Origin: Cetorhinus maximus
Taxonomy: Eukaryota
DNA: 64,000 bases
NCBI RefSeq assembly: GCF_964194155.1
Contig: NC_135894.1
Location: forward strand, 44,826,001 to 44,890,000
Direction of reading: 5' to 3'
Shown here in pieces: positions 62,193 to 64,000 of this stretch. Made by a program: the position numbers and the translations under genes. How positions within the stretch are numbered: the stretch's first letter is position 1; every line of letters starts with the position of its first letter. Below the pieces are notes generated by a model, which did no database searches, had not been told where the DNA came from, and saw nothing but the letters and a program-made list of their open reading frames with translations.

Positions 62193-62913
62193 GGGCTGAA
62201 TTTTCCCATGTGCATTGGAAACCTGACATTGGGATAACTCCTGGGTCCCGACCCCGTATGTTTTGGAACTGAACCCATGGCCTCATTTTATAGGACGCAG
62301 CCAATTAACAGATGACCTTTGCATTCGCTGTCTGATCAGCGATGATGAACGGGTTCCCGAGGCAGGCGTGCAGGGCATTGCAGCCGTTTACAATGGAGGT
62401 CGGAAGCCCTCATTATGAGACTGCTTAAGGCCAGGCTGATGGAGCGAAAGGGGGGCATTGCATCCACCATTACCGTCTTTGGAGTGGCTGGAAAGTGACA
62501 TGCATCTGGCCACCAGAGACACCCATCTCCACTATTTCAGAACTCAACAAGGCTGTGATATGAGCAGACAATAGCCATGCCATTTGATGCCACTGAGCTC
62601 ATCACCAGCCTTAGTAGTTCTGAGGCTATGATCTCATGCCTCCTCTCACCTGCTGTGAAGCAGACCGGCGGGAGGTGCATGTGACACTTGCAAAATCTAC
62701 ACTCTTTCAAAAACTAGTGCTTAATTGCCCTTTTAAATGCCTTAATTGGTTACCTACCGCTGACATGTGAAAGCCAATGTTTATAGACCCATTTCTAGGG
62801 AAATGCTTAGAGGCAGGAAAATATTGTGGATTCGATCTGTCGCACGGTATTCCAAATTTCTACACCTTGTTCATCTCCAAAGCCACCTCTGCAGAACTGG
62901 GAAAATTCAGTCC
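62193..62913. mobile_element. Harbinger-type MITE (721 bp)
   Basis: 16-bp TIRs GGGCTGAATTTTCCCA / TGGGAAAATTCAGTCC (one mismatch); flanks ATA/AAA. Confidence 0.8.
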
Positions 62914-63039
62914 AAAATATCTAAAGGGGATTGAACGATGTAAGGGTCTTGGATATGAATGGGATTTGGATTTGTTTCTGTTTCCAGCTGACGGTGAGGG
63001 AACAATCTGAAGCCTTTTGAAGCAAGGTGTATTAGAAAT

Positions 63040-63070
63040 CTGATGAAAGGTCATTGACCTGAAGTGTTAG
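63040..63070 (+). ncRNA. Isolated hammerhead-like remnant of Penelope type
   Basis: CTGATGA-AGGTC-ATT-GACCT-GAAGTGTTA; perfect stem II, but GAAA is changed to GAAG. Confidence 0.45.
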
Positions 63071-63427
63071 CCTGGATTTTAACTTACCTGACCCACTGGG
63101 ATTGAGAAAGGCATATGGACAATGGCAGTAAGGTTCAGGCACCCAGAAGTTGGGATTCTGTTTCACATTTTTTTCACAGCATATGTGCGATGTCACTAAT
63201 CTTCTTGGATTGACAGGCTTGACTTCCAGTCTAGCAGTGATCTCGTTGAGGATACAGGATAACATAGGCCCGGGTGCCTGGGCAAGCAGGTGTGAGGGAG
63301 TGATTTTGGCTGAGGGATATTGTTGGTGGTGTGAGGGGTGTTGGCAGAAGGAAATCGATCCCTCAGTTTTCAATTGGTGGGGGACTTGTCGAACCTCGAG
63401 GATCCTCTAAACTTAAACATTCAGTTA

Positions 63428-64000
63428 TATAGACTTCAAAAAAGTGCAGCACAGAGGGATCTGGGTGTTCTTCTGCATGAAACACAAAAAATTAGCATGC
63501 AGGTGCAGCAAGTAATTAAGAAGGCAAATGGAATTTTGGTCTGTATTGCTGGGGGGTTGGAGTTTATAAATAGGGAAGTCTTGTTACAACTGTACAGGGT
63601 GTTAGTGATGCCACACCTGGAGTACTGTGTACAGTTTTGGTCCCCGTATTTAAGAAAGGCTATACTGGCATTGGAGGCAGTTTAAATGAGATTCACTAGA
63701 CTGTTTCCTGGGATAAAGGGGTTGACTTATCAAAAATGGCTAAACAGGTTAGGCCTTTATTCATCAGAGTTTAGAAGAATGAGGGGTGATCTCATTGAAA
63801 CCTACAAGATTCTGAGGGGGCTTGACAGGGTAGATGTTGAGAAGATGTTTCCACTAGTGGGGGAATCTCAAACTAGGGGACATAGTTACAGAATAAGGAG
63901 ACACTGATTTAAAACTGAGATGTGAAGGAATTTCTTCTCTCAGAGGGTCGTGAATGTCTGGAATTCTCTAACTCAGAGAGTTGTGGAGGTTTGATTACTG
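63428..64000 (+). mobile_element. 5'-truncated CR1 LINE, runs off the window edge
   Basis: RLQKSAAQRDLGVLLHETQK...LEYCVQFWSPYLRK...RRMRGDLIETYKIL; very similar to 20380-20950. Confidence 0.95.

Noticed and set aside
1-64000. CRISPR arrays, operons or prokaryotic defence systems (for example RT-based retrons or DGRs)
   Set aside because: No regularly spaced repeats; all RTs belong to eukaryotic LINE or LTR clades, and spliceosomal introns are present.

Overview
Eukaryotic, repeat-dominated vertebrate DNA, intergenic or intronic. The repeat mix (abundant CR1 LINEs, Deu-domain SINEs, Penelope-type tails, PIF/Harbinger elements) points to a cartilaginous fish such as a shark; this is inference. 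I found no convincing host protein-coding exon, tRNA or rRNA gene, and every recognisable ORF is a decayed transposon product. Main contents: a near-complete decayed Harbinger transposon (1687-7515) with convergent transposase and spliced Myb/SANT genes and a Tx1 LINE fragment beside the Myb stop codon; a 3'-truncated Gypsy element (13342-16140); a full-length two-LTR Copia element with GalEa-clade signatures (30808-35909); a second CR1-group LINE (36380-38250); a multilayer Harbinger/CR1/MITE/LTR nest (~38700-48750); about a dozen CR1 fragments; L2 fragments; SINEs; many Harbinger-type MITEs with variable 3-bp TSDs; and three Penelope-type hammerhead ribozyme remnants. I do not see evidence of a new host-encoded system. 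Boundaries without a stated TIR, LTR or TSD are approximate.
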